Below are positions 46,301-62,290 of a stretch of DNA of 64,000 bases, piece after piece. The stretch's first letter is position 1. Each line of letters opens with the position of its first letter. The stretch covers positions 62,001 to 126,000 of the forward strand of contig KZ538122.1 of NCBI GenBank assembly GCA_000934665.2. The letters run 5' to 3'. This DNA is from Catajapyx aquilonaris. Lineage: Eukaryota. The position numbers and the translations under genes were made by a program. The notes under the pieces are model-generated. The model ran no database searches, was not told where the DNA came from, and saw nothing but the letters and a program-made list of their open reading frames with translations.

Positions 46301-49300
46301 CAGATTCTTGAGTGTGCAGGCTCCGATGGTTTTGATCAGCAAGGTTCTAGAAGCAGATGAAAGCGACAGGCATGATGAGGAGGGCTTTTCTGTATAACCA
46401 AAATCGCGACGCCTTTAATAAGAGCTGGGGTTCATTCAATAAGGGTGCAAAATTGGACTAGGTCCACTTTAGGGAGCTGTGCATGAAGGTGTATTCATAA
46501 ACCTGGCGAATGTATCCTGCATGGTAAGATTGGTCCTATTCACACTAGGGGGTTGGTTTGTATGAAGGAAATGTTTGAATTATTCATTGGGGTCACCATG
46601 TAGCACATATGTGTAAGCAAATGCTAACAACATAACAAATTTGCATAAATGCATCGGATTTTTCGCTGATGGACTAACAGATAAGCGGATTGTTAAATTT
46701 TAAAATTCTATAGTACAATGATGAAAGCCTATGAGTAAACCAGTAGGAAGTTGTGAACCAAACCCACGCAAACACCGTTATGTATTGTATGGGCTACACA
46801 GTTTACACATTTTTTCCATCATACTGTAAATCACCATTGCATATGATAGAAAATTAAACAAACTACATTATGAAACCTAACCCACATAAGTCGTCCCCCT
46901 TTTTTTATTAAGCACTGGTAGAGCAATTTTGAACGACCCTTTTTTTAAGTCCGAAATGAAACCCCGTTCCTCCCATCAGCAATGCGTGCCAAGACGGATC
47001 CTACTTTATATACACTTTCCGGAAAAAACAATAAAAAAATCCTCTGAATAAGTAGAGTGTGCGGATTATCCTCCTGAGAGCAAGGGGTAATTTCGGTCAG
47101 ATTCCAACTTATGGCGGGCAATCTCCTTGTCATTTAGGTTACTGATCCCAGAGCTTTTCCTTTCAGAAAATGACTTCTTCCTTCATTTTTTTTAAAAGCA
47201 AATTCTGCAAATTTTTTGGGGAGTTGAAATCCCCCCGCAAATTCTTAATCCTACTTAAAGTTGTATCCGACACTTTCGCTTATTAGTGCTAATTACATCC
47301 TGGAAGTGATCAGGGATTAGGTGTAACAATATTTTGCAAATCCCTTGTTTATTTGCGAACCAAAGATGATACTTTACATCCTGGTAAAAGGTCACGTACG
47401 ACTTATATGGGAATCGCCCACATATTATAAACTCCGGTTTTAAGGTCTGTGTGGGATTTGCTAACGGGCTACTATGTTGCGACTCTTCCTGGTCCTGAAA
47501 TCGATAGGAATCAAACCTTTTAATTAAGTCGAACAACGGAGACGGTAATTTTTACGTCCCCTAAGATGTCCAAAGGAAAGAAAGAAAAAAACTGAAAAAA
47601 ATTAGCATTTGCCGCAAGAGGACGTGAATATTTCACAGCGAAAAGTTCGAGAGGGATTTGAATTCGCCAACTTTTGGTATCACCGTATACTTTCGCACTG
47701 ATGAAGTTGTCCAAAGTTTTCCCATACATTAAAAATTCCATTCACCTCCCCAGTTTTTTGACCTTGTTTTGTCGACAATGTTGGAGACACTTCGAACAAT
47801 TTATTATTCACTAGCTCGCGCACTTTTTTTTTTTTTTTTGCTAATTTTGTATGAACAGTGTGTGTTAGTTACACACTAAACTATCTACCCATAAGGTGTG
47901 CAGTAAAACTCGAATGAACTTTGCAGCATGGCAGATTTTCCGCGAATTACCTACAACGCAATAGCCTATATAAGAGCGCGCAATTATTGGCAGCAGCTCT
48001 GAAAATTCTCCAAAATGAAGTTACTGCTTGGAACATGAAAATCCAAAAAAGGTTCCTGATTGGAGCACAAGAGGATGAAAATGGCTTGGGACACAATCCA
48101 TCTCTTGGCTCACAGGATTGGAGATTTAATTGCACAGAAAATTCGCTTAAATCAATTCCAAAGAGGAACGACCAGCCACGCTCCGTTGACTCCCTACAAA
48201 TAAAATCAAGTAAATTGCGCGCAAGTTTGCTTACCCCCGAAGACATTCGACCTCGGATTATGACCTTTTGGTGGTCCGGTGAAAGTACGTTTTTTCGAAG
48301 AGTTAATATGCACACGCATGACCTTCAACATCTTATTCACGATTCCAAGTATATACCGTGACGTCATTTCGAATATCTAGGGTACCTCTGCCTATGAATA
48401 CATTGTACTGTACCACGGAAGACGCTTTCTTACAGGATGATGCCATCACTTTCTTTTTCCCATGCTACATCTTCCGGCCATCCTCCGTGAAAGTGCCATC
48501 CGTCGAGACAATGACCGCACCCAGTGACTCACCTTCAATAGTGTTATCCTGAATCCATACTATCACAGGTGGTCACTCCGAAGAACAACACTACCCAGTA
48601 CCCTCCTCCTGAGAGGGTTGACTCTGTCTGCCTTCCCCCGGAGCCGACCACCAGCCAGCTTCCTCGCCAACACGCGAGTCTTCCCAAGGACCGTGACATC
48701 ACCAGCCACCGCCGGTCACGTGACCCTTTCCTCCATCCGCTGCATGCCGGCAGCAGTACGCAGCAGGTGACGAAGAAGTGCTTCGGAGGATGTTCGTGCG
48801 GTGGTTTGTTGACAGGTCCAAAGAGCTGCAATCCGGAAGGGAATACATAAGCTGGGAGGGTGTCTTCCGGACCGGATATCCCCCATATGGATGTGTGTTT
48901 TTTCCTTATGGAGAGTCTGGGGATGGGTCAGGGCTAAATTGGGTTCATTTATTTTTATGAATGTCCGATGTTTAAACATGGTCGTTTGCTGAATTTACGA
49001 GGGATCGTAAATGTAGTGAATGACCAACAAGCGCACTTGTTGTGAGTGTGCTATCAGGAGGGGTCAACATGCTAGCCAATGTTTTTACTATCTGATATTT
49101 TAACTACTCTGGACTTTGGATCCAAGCTGTTTTTATTCAGTCTCTGTGGTGATACATGCAGGCTTGTTACTAGACTTTTTTTTATAAAAAAAAACTAGTT
49201 TATGACACTCCAGAGCAATTCGCGTGATTTTAGACTACTATTATCTCTCGCTATTATCAAGAGCGCTTGCTATTATTGGTTCATTTATTAGTCAGCCAAT

Positions 49301-49637
49301 TCATATCCTGAGAGTTAGGTCGTATCGCTGCACGTGTCAGGCCCTTATGGTTGCCAAGTAGCAAGGATAAGAAAGGATGAGATAAACACTGATCATTAGG
49401 CTTATCTGTATTTAACACAAGCATTGTCTACATACTTCACAATGTCAGTTGGGAAAACCTTACTATTCTTGCTGGAAACCTTCATATTTGGGGTGTTTTG
49501 ACTGCCACAAAATCCACATAACAAATCATATGCTTTTATTATTATCACTCATCATTGACTCACAGTAATTAAGGCACTGGGCTACATACTTAGCTAATAT
49601 ACAAGTGTATTGACTATTTCTCTGAGGAAGTTGAACA

Positions 49638-50576
49638 TTATTGGAACAGTTGCTTTGGAAAATCTTTTCTGTCTGGAAAGCTGCACTGTGTACCTTCTTT
49701 CTGCACACTTTTGGCAGCCACACTGCATGCCTTGCGAATAACCATGTCCATGCTGAACTCTGGATGATATGCCAGGAAGTATGCCATAGCACCCACGAAT
49801 GCATCTCCAGCACCAGTGGTGTCCACTGCATTCTCTACGAGCTCTCCTGGAATGTGCACAGCCTCTGATTGCTTCCCATTGGTGTAGACAGCTCCATTCT
49901 GTCCAAGTGTAAGAACCACTCTGGCACAACCGCGATCAAGGAGAACCTTTGATATTCTTTTGGCCCCAGCTGTATCTTCTACCGGGAAACCCCCAATAAT
50001 TTCAGCCTCGGACTCATTCACGCACAGGATGTCAATGTTCTGAAATATTTGTGGGTCAAGATTTGCATGTCCTGGAGCAGCATTCAAAATAGTGGTCACT
50101 CCTGACTGCCTGGCTAATTTTAAGGCAGCCAAGGTTGGTGGAAATGGAATTTCAAGTTGGCACACCAAAACAGAAGCATTTTTGATCAAAGGTGCTGCTT
50201 GGCAAACATCATTACTATCAATTGACTCATTTGCACCCCGAACCACAACAATGCAGTTTTCACCGCTGTTTGCCACCATTATATTGGCTGATCCTGTTGG
50301 TGCATCTTCTACTTGCATGATGCAGCTAGTGTTAACTGCAAGATTCTTGAAGTGGGTCAGATATGCCCTACCAAAAGCATCTGACCCCAGACGTGTGACC
50401 ATGGCTGTGATGGCTCCCAGCTTGGCAGCAGCAACACACTGATTCCCACCTTTTCCACCAAAGCCAGTTAGGAACTTGGTACCAATCAGAGTCTCCCCAG
50501 GCTTGGGAAGGCGCGAAGAATAGCTCATCAGGTCAGTGAAGCAGGAGCCCACCACTACCACTTTGGGAGATGACAT
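49638..50576 (-). CDS. RBKS: Ribokinase (pfkB family), 312 aa, single coding exon
   Basis: VVVGS.FTDL, LPKPGETL, GGKGGNQCVAAAKLG, CQLE, NESEA, DTTGAGDAF. Splice acceptor TTTCCAG just upstream of the ATG (exon starts at 50597). Confidence 0.95.
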   Translation of the reverse strand: MSSPKVVVVGSCFTDLMSYSSRLPKPGETLIGTKFLTGFGGKGGNQCVAAAKLGAITAMVTRLGSDAFGRAYLTHFKNLAVNTSCIMQVEDAPTGSANIMVANSGENCIVVVRGANESIDSNDVCQAAPLIKNASVLVCQLEIPFPPTLAALKLARQSGVTTILNAAPGHANLDPQIFQNIDILCVNESEAEIIGGFPVEDTAGAKRISKVLLDRGCARVVLTLGQNGAVYTNGKQSEAVHIPGELVENAVDTTGAGDAFVGAMAYFLAYHPEFSMDMVIRKACSVAAKSVQKEGTQCSFPDRKDFPKQLFQ

Positions 50577-51531
50577 GTTGGATGCTCAAATTATAATCTG
50601 GAAATAATCAGGATTATATAATCACTTTTCCTTGATTTTACTTTTTCTTTCACACATGCAAGTGGCTGATACAAATAAATAATGAATATCCTTTGTGCAT
50701 CAAGGCAGGTGCAATCACCCAAAATAACCTGAGCTAACAGGTGGATTCACAAGTGCGATGTAAAAAATTCACAATACATAAACTGACAGCGGAGGCTTTC
50801 TCTATTGACTTGATAGAACGACATCTCAGCAAGTGGTAAATCATTCAAATCTCACAACACACATTTTTGCATATTTCTAGCATGTAAACAATCCAGTATC
50901 GAAAGTAGCCACATGCTGCATTAGTTAATATTACCTGTTACTACTGTAGGTTAGAATGTAAGATGAAGAAGGATGTGCTGCACCAGGCCAAACGTCTATC
51001 CTCAACTGGCCTAACACAGTGCCGCACTACCTCCAGTTCATGGCGTGTAAAATTCCCACCCATGTAAAAATTGTTTTTTCGCTGTCTCATTTATAACCTT
51101 GGACGTCAAATTAAAAAATTGTTCTGGGAATTTGGTACAGAGTTCCAGGTATCACGCCATGGAATATCCACCAGGGAATTCCACTGCACATTACCAGTAT
51201 TTACTTTGACACGAATTATGTAACATTGGTCTAGTGTCCTCAATAGCCTATTGCACCTGCTATTTCATTTTTACCATTATTAAAAAATTGAATGGGAGCG
51301 ATACACTAAGAGGCCACATGACAAGATTATGCTACCTTGGTTACATGTGCATGAAAGGCAGTAATCAGGGGGCACTCCATATGACAATACATCAGAACGC
51401 TTTATCTGCACACGCACCTTGATGCTAATTAATATTAACCTTCTTATTATTGTCTTTAATCCACGCAATAACCGTAATCACCTGCCCAACGTGTAATTAT
51501 GCGCCATGCAAGTCCGAGACGCGTGACTCAC

Positions 51532-51900
51532 CTGGAGATGCCCGACCTTGCCAGAGATCCCTCAATAGCTCAATCTCCTTCTCGAATAATTATCAGTCAC
51601 CTCTTCTTGAGAGGAGCATGAGAGTTACGTATGTACATGACTGCTCAAGGACGCCGCCATGCTGGATCGTACTGTGGCGGGAATAGCTCCAGATGGCAGC
51701 ACCTGTTCGGCCCTTTCTGCCACCAGGGTACGCTACATTGAACGAGAGCGTGTCATGTAGGCCACCCTGATTGGTGGCGCAAGCGACGTCCAAAATGGCC
51801 GCAGGTTTCACTCCAGACACGTGTGATCCGAGATTTGGAGGCGCAGCTGGAGCAGCGTGTACGTATATCGGGCTATTTACCAGCCTTGCTATGCAGAAAA
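51532..51900. promoter_or_regulatory. Bidirectional promoter shared by ribokinase (-) and DHX33 (+)
   Basis: Small CpG island between divergent genes. YY1-like AAAATGGCCGC, E-box CACGTG, CCAAT (GATTGG). A minus-strand donor CAG|GTGAGT at 51532/51531 marks a non-coding ribokinase exon 1. Confidence 0.65.
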
Positions 51901-52209
51901 GACTGTGGCTGTTTTCAGAAATTGCTAATAGCAGTTGCAGTTGAGGAAGTGGGTGGTAGTGTTTGAGTAGCCTGTCTTGATTCATGTTACAGCATGCTGC
52001 TGTTACAAAAAATTAAGGAGAAGTCTCTGATTGTGTACTCTGGCTGGCGTCGGCATCACATATTTTACAGCTGTTGCCTAGATTAGGTTAAAGCTAATCC
52101 TGAAATGAATTTACTGCATGCCTTATTTGTAATTAATTTTCACTATGCAGACTTCACATTTCCTGTTGAGAGTGATCACATTATTTTGTGTTTAGGACCA
52201 TAGAAGAAG

Positions 52210-55656
<3,447 letters not shown>

Positions 55657-58255
55657 GACTATATGCTTGCGATATTTTATACTTAAACCATGAGAAATGT
55701 CCACTTGAACCTACCTCGTAAATAAATGTACAAGCTGTATTGTTATTAATATTTGATTTTGTTTTAATCCAAGGTGTAGCACTATTTTGCGAATTCTCCC
55801 TTTTGAAAATCCTGTGGAAATTACTTCCAAAATGTCACCAGAGGCCCTGCCTAGTTGGATGCTCCAAACTAATTTAGGACTAGTCAGATTAGCCAAACAA
55901 CCTGGGCTGAGATGCTGCTAATGCATGAATAAAAGAGAAAAGCCAATTCTCATGATCACTCCTGCTTGGGTTACTGCTACATCACAATTACCCAAATTAT
56001 TATCAACCTACGAGGGAACAGAAGGTGGTGTCCAAGCCTGATTTTCTTGAAACTGGAACTTGTTCGGCAGGGAATGTTGGCAGGAAATGTACAAGGCAAA
56101 AGGTCCTACAAATAAATCATGCTGATAGGGTTTTTGCAGTAGTGAAGGGAAATCTTTTCTCTGTGAGCTGCCATAGGCATAATATATTGTTAAAAAATTA
56201 TTAATGCTTAGATTGTCATGGTGAGAATCTGCAATTATTTCGACATACTGTTTATTCATTCAATCAGGTGTGGCAGTTACTGGGTAGGCTGATCTCTTTG
56301 GTGAATACACAGGAGAATTCAGTGGTGTTTGGTGAGTAATATCAGACCTAACCTTTTTTTGAACTGTGAAAATTGGCATATTTTTGTTAGTGAAAAGAGA
56401 CATCTTTTGTACAGTACCTGCAGTGGGGTGAATAGGGACATGAAAAAATTTACGTTTTTCATAATTTTCCTGGAATACCATTATTATAAGTGAGATACGA
56501 ATTTCTGTTATGATTATTTTTTGAAATTCAGTGAATTTTGAATTATTGGGGACAGCTATTATTTTGTTTTAGGTCCATTCAAGGAGCTAGTCCTATAGTA
56601 AGGGTGTGAGATAAAAATATACATAAAAATATTCCATTCATCTTGCATTCATAGAGTAACAGTCCATAAAAAGTGTCCCATTCACTCCTTTGTACAGTGT
56701 AGCAATATGACAGTATACTCTTACAATGCAACCTACATGTTTGGCTGTAGATCATGACTGGTTGGACAATATGCAATAATTTTAATGAAGCCATAATTAT
56801 CATGGTTAATACAACATCACCGAACTTGTATTTGAAGTAACCATTATCGCATGGTATCAGCCACTAACCCAGAATCACACCTCTACATATTGTATACAAA
56901 AGAAACCTATCATTCAACTTGATAATGCAACAATGTAAATGCTTAGGACATTAGATAACCGCTGCCTACCCCTTTATTGCGTGACCTTCACAATGATGGA
57001 CCATAAAACCCATAACACACCATGGAACTACCTGTCATTAAATGTGCGGGTTGCATCTTGAAATAATCACTGCAGTGTGCATTTAATTTTTAATAGTGGG
57101 TATTCGTGAACATTCTAATGAACCATGTATTTGTCACCAGAATATTAACATATGATTTTTTTTAAATATGGGCTTGGGGGGAGGTGTGATGACTATTTCT
57201 GTCTCAACATTTTTGATCCGTAGTGCGTGGGGAAGGCTCTCCCAACATTTGTCCCAGATGTGATGGGACACTGTGTCCAACCAAGGTTGTAGATTCGAAC
57301 CCCCCGCTCCCCAGTGAGAGGTTGGTGGGATTGGGGAAGGCAGTTGCGAGGCGATTGGCTGGAAGCTTTCCGTTGGCAAGATGGAGGCAGACTTGGTGGT
57401 GGTGCTGGCTCCCTCCTCTTCCTCCTCCTCCTCCTCTTCCTGCTGCACCGATGCTGGTGACTCCCTCCTCGCCTCCTCCTCCCCATGCCCTCTTGGCCCC
57501 TGGTCCCGCCCCGCTCCCTCCACCACCATGCCAGGCACGGGCCTCTGGTAGGGGCAGCGCTGGCAGCCCACACCGCCGCCGCCTTCACGGGGACACCTGC
57601 AGCCCAGGGTGAGTCCCTCCTCCCTTTATTATTTGCAGGGGCTGTGAGACAGGCATCAGGAAGGAAAGGAAGGGGAGGACCGTGTGTGTGTGTCTGGAGG
57701 GATCGTGTACGGGAGAAGGGGGGACGCGATACACACACACACACACGGGGACGGGGTGCGGTTAGTAGGCCTGGTTGGAAGCCCACTCAGGCTGGAGCCA
57801 GGCCTGCCTGCCCCTCCATCAGTTGTCACTCAGCTGATCCCACCCTCAATCTGCAAGTCATCTGTTGGCTTCCAGTGCCAGGTGTGGTCTGGCTGCTTCT
57901 TGAGGCTGGTTCACACTGACAGTGCAACTGGAAGTAGGGCTGGAGATTACCCCTTCTTGTGGGGCCAGAGTTTTGGGCATATTCAAGGTGAATTGATAAC
58001 GTAGGACATGAGTTGACATGCTGGTAGTAGAGGCGAAAGTAGCAGGATCCTTGCTAATCACACACAAATTCTGCAGGCATTGTTATTGAAATAGGCCTGC
58101 AATGTGAGTTTTGGTAAGTGCCTTATGATCCTGATGCCTTATGGCTGAAAATCCATGCGCTTTACTAGGAAGTCAATGTGGGTTGTGTACGTCTCCCATA
58201 TTACCTCACATACACTCTGAATCACATAAGTGTGAACCTTTTTGGATACCCATAT

Positions 58256-58481
58256 GCCTGAGGGGCCGGTGAGCCGCCACGCCGCAAAATGAGTCCCCGG
58301 TATCTATGGCTTTCTCGAAGAAACATTACTGGTAGGCCTACATGTCATTCAAATGCCGAATTATCATGGGCAGCCCAGGCGGTAGCTGCAGCACTACACA
58401 AACTGCACATTTTGTTGTGAAAAGCAGTAGGGCCTGGCATGTTGGGCACTACTTTCGGGCGGTTCACCAACCCCCTCGGGC
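58256..58481. mobile_element. Degenerate MITE
   Basis: Imperfect TIRs GCCTGAGGGGCCGGTGAGCCGCC / GGCGGTTCACCAACCCCCTCGGGC. Confidence 0.55.
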
Positions 58482-59370
58482 TCATGCATATCAAAAAATG
58501 TTCACTCTTATGTGAATTGGAGAGTAATGGCATGCCGGTATAATGGGGGGTGGCTGGCATGCCGCAATAACTGAGGTAGATTCTCGTGATTTTGATCCTT
58601 GTAAAAATTGTTGGAATGCTTAATTGGTATCGTCCCAGAATAATGTTTATGGTGAAAAATGTACAGGGCTGTGACAATACTGTATGTAAGTTATGTCGCA
58701 CAGTGTGTATAGTGTGACCAATTCCATCATCAGTCAGCTTTGAGAGGGGAACCCCCTCTATGCCATCACAAAGGATTGACCAACTCCTTCAGTACTTCGG
58801 TTTGCTCAGTAGCTCACTGGTCGCAGGTTTTGCTGGTTCTGTACTTCAGGCACACTAGTAGTTAATAATGACTAGCACGTAATCTGATGTTGCCTGGGAG
58901 TGTTGTGGTGTGTTGTGTAGGGGTATACGGATATGCAAGAATGTAATGCACTTCATCATCCATATACTCAATATGTGACTCCCTCTTTGAGCTTACCTTT
59001 TGTTTCTGAGAAAATCATTGCATCATTGGAATCAAGATTCTTTGTCTGATTTTTAGAGCCAAGCATGTTGAAAGAGTAGTGTCTCTTTAACTTGTGCTCC
59101 TGCAACTGGATTTGAATTTGGTATCACCATCCAAGTGCGATTTGTTGGACACCACTCTGGCACCACAACCTTCCACATGGGGTCCCACATTTAATCTGTG
59201 CAATGGGCAGAGGAATTTCTCGTGTGGAAAGAGTTTAAATGGGTTTTCTCTGTGTTAGTGTGGATTTTGTCTTGGTCATTTCTCAGGGTTCCTCTGTTTC
59301 TTACCGAATCCAGCCTAGTTCAGTCAATAAAGGGTTTTAAGAGGCCCAGTAGGCCTATCGCAAGATATCC

Positions 59371-59371
<1 letters not shown>

Positions 59372-59401
<30 letters not shown>

Positions 59402-59420
59402 AGCGTTGTTAGCGTTGTTA
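59372..59420 (+). repeat. (GTT)n microsatellite
   Basis: About 10 GTT units followed by AGCGTTGTT variants. Confidence 0.85.
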
Positions 59421-60427
59421 GTCTGGACGGATCTGGTTTTGTCTCATAGATGCACCACATGAATGGAATGTGTAAATGGACATATTAATGCTTTTGTATG
59501 GTGACCAGACTAATTAGTTGGGTTATATGCAATAGTAGGGTAATTTGAGTTGTTTGGAAGCTGTTAATCCAATTTGGGTCCTCTGGGTGGTGACAAGTAC
59601 TAGAAAATTGGCCTAATGAACTGTATACATGGATGGACAAAAAAAAACAGTAGTCCCTTGACCATTTCCCGGCATGGGCTGCGTGAGTGGTGATAGCTCC
59701 TTTCGCCTTCACTCACACTGCCCATGCCAGAAAATTTTCAAGGGACTGTTATTTTGTCCAGGAATGTACGGACATGTTGTAAATGCAAAGAGCAGTGGGA
59801 TTGTACGTTATGTTAGAATGCCCCATTAACAAAGCCTAAAAGAATTCACACCTGGCAACGATACTTTCTTAGAGAAGGGAATTGTTTTTGGAACTCATTA
59901 TTGCGCTGATGTTACACTGGATCATTGAAAAGTGTTTTAATTCTGGGAGTATGTACGAAAGTGGTTAATAAATAGATAAACCTCTTCACTGATTAGTGCA
60001 ATTATAATTTCGGAGTTGTAAAGAAGCAAGATTCCTCCCAAGACATGACTGTGTTGTAGTTGTGGGATTTAAAAATGAAGTGAGGTTTGGTAACCAATTC
60101 TACACAAGATCTTATAGATATTATGTTAAGCTGTGGTGTTACTGCTGCTAGTAAAGTAAGAAGAGCACAATGCAAGAAAGAATTTAGGCTGTGCCTGTGG
60201 CATGCATGGATACTAATATTTGTCATTGTCTAAAATTCTATTGTGTTCATTCACCCTGCATTCCAGGGAAGAACAATAAAAATAACTCCTGGAATTGAGA
60301 GGAGCTGGGATGGATGTTGCAAGCAGTGACATTCATTGTGTCTTTACCCCATCGGCACCATGCTGATGTGGCAGTGATAACCGCACCATTTGGAGCCAGA
60401 CTCATGCAGCTCATTATATCCACAGCA

Positions 60428-60740
60428 ATGGATCTGTTGGGACTGAAACTTGGGACTCCAGCAAATCAGCGGAAGAGGTTAGGTCATGGACGAACCAACC
60501 TGGCTGTGGGGTCACTGGTGAGGGCGGAGGGTCAGGTCAGCAGGTGTGGAGCAGTTCCCACTAGCCTGGAGTGTGCTGCCGAAGATGGTCTTGTACAGAA
60601 AACCTATGAGGAAGTGGTGAGGTCATATGCTTGTTTTGTACATGTTCGTTGTAGCCTAATAGGTACTTGTCTCTTTCTAAGACATGCAAGCTGCCCGGGA
60701 ATCCCAGGTCCACATTTCTGATTGTCTTCAGCCCTGATGG
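60428..60740 (+). CDS. AMBRA1: AMBRA1 (WD40/DCAF autophagy regulator), N-terminal coding exons; the gene continues beyond the window
   Basis: Exons 60426(ATG 60428)-60616 and 60682-60740 splice to ...SLECAAEDGLVQKTYEEV|TCKLPGNPRSTFLIVFSPDG, matching the recalled AMBRA1 signature LPDSPRSTFLLAFSPD. Strong donor GTAAGT at 60741. A likely upstream exon ends at 57608 (GG|GTGAGT). Confidence 0.8.
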
Positions 60741-60988
60741 GTAAGTACTACAGTACTTGGTTGGGGATTTTGAGGTGGATTCTTGTGGCCTCCTGGTAAG
60801 TTGGGAGGAATGGGCCTGCCACTCAAATGATGACATACAGTATAGAGTTAGAATTAAAGTGGTATTTTGGTGGGTGACGTACAGAAGAAGGCAGGGGAGC
60901 AGGTCCAATGTGAGGAGGGTGAATGTTTTGAATTGTGGGAGACAATAATCAATGGAAGCAGACGTTACATGCCAGTGAGATGAGATAT

Positions 60989-61670
60989 GAATGGGGAAGT
61001 AGCCTTCATTTTGGAAACTACATAATAAATTCGCCCAAATTTTTTGGATTTTTTTGGCATATTCTGTTTTAAGATAGCAGTTTCAGTTCCGGAGATATTG
61101 GCGTTTTTTCGTAGGCAAATGGTGACGTCACTGTTTGCCTGGAAAATATTGACGTCACGCGAAGTGAAATGAACGCAAAAATGGTGTTATAGAACGCACC
61201 CCGCCATTGTTGTAAAATCCTTCGCTGTTGTTAGCAACCGTCCCATTCTGTGAGCAAGATAGCGGCCGGGGCGCGTATTTATTCCAGGCCGCTCAAGCCG
61301 CTCCTGTGCTGACAGTGGTGCCTACTGGTAGGAAATATCTGTCACCCGAATTCGGCACATGAAGGCCCCTTTTCTCCACCTCGATGGCCTACAGCTTCCT
61401 TGCGAATGCTTTCCGTCGTGTCCGCGGTTAATTCAAAGTCAAATTCCTCATATCTCGCAGTCAACCAGGCATTTCGGTGTACCCTTTCGATTGGCACCAC
61501 TCTGTTGCTCTGTTTTTCCCGCCAATTTTGAAGGCACTTTTAAATGTGCCGTAATTTATCCAGTAATGTCATTTTGATGCAACAGAGTGATGGAATGTAT
61601 GTTTACAGGCATGGGCTAGCTAGTTATGAACAAAAATCCCAAATCCCAGACCAAGGCTACTTCCCCATTC
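60989..61670. mobile_element. 682-bp non-autonomous TIR element
   Basis: 18-bp perfect TIR: GAATGGGGAAGTAGCCTT (60989-61006) / AAGGCTACTTCCCCATTC (61653-61670). The first ~250 bp recur diverged at 63661-63921. Confidence 0.8.
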
Positions 61671-61716
61671 TGAAAATCTGCAGTCTTCACAGTAGTCACT
61701 CTAACAGTCATTAGCA

Positions 61717-61792
61717 GGGGAGGTGGAGTGGCACTGCGGTAATGTATGCGCCCACGGATAGAAGGGTACCGGGTTTGATCCCAGCATGGGGT
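61717..61792 (+). mobile_element. tRNA-derived SINE head (degenerate Pol III A/B boxes)
   Basis: A-box-like TGGCACTGCGG (61729-61739) and B-box-like GGTTTGATCCC (61772-61782) at tRNA-like spacing; no intact cloverleaf. Confidence 0.45.
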
Positions 61793-62290
61793 CTCCCCCC
61801 TTAATCTCGTACGGAGTTGGGTCATCTCTGGCTTTGTCTCGATAGCGACAAACGATTTTTGGATTCAAATTCAGCAGACCATGAACAGGTTTCGTGGCCA
61901 ACTTCTGGTGACCGGCCACTTTGGTTTTTCCGGGTCCACTCGATGTGCCAAGATCAAGTCTACTGGCGGGTGTCCTTGGGTTCCTTGGAAACTGGAAATG
62001 AGATTGACAACATTCTATGTCATTGTTGTCCAGTTGGAATTTCCTTGGCAATGAGAAAAAGTCTTGAATCACTCTTGCGTGATTTGCCAAGCTTGTAAAA
62101 ACAAGCTTGGCAAATCACATGCAGTTTTCTAGGGATGGAGAGAGACAGCTGGAGCTTGGAGGGACAACTGGCATTACTAGTGATGTCAAGTCCCCATTCT
62201 TAAGAGAGCAAATGGGAGGAATGAAGCTCTCTCCTCTCTCTAGAGTCTAGACAACTGGAGAGCAAAAAAAACCACTCCTGTGCTGAATCT

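Noticed and set aside
47921..48850. ORFs and exon-like segment upstream of the unknown gene
   Set aside because: No recognisable protein. The minus-strand segment 48825-48533 has stops in all frames and may be a UTR exon, but this is unsupported.
57134..57571. Minus-strand poly-Glu ORF
   Set aside because: Explained by the (CCT)n tract of the plus-strand AMBRA1 leader exon, which has the strong splice donor.
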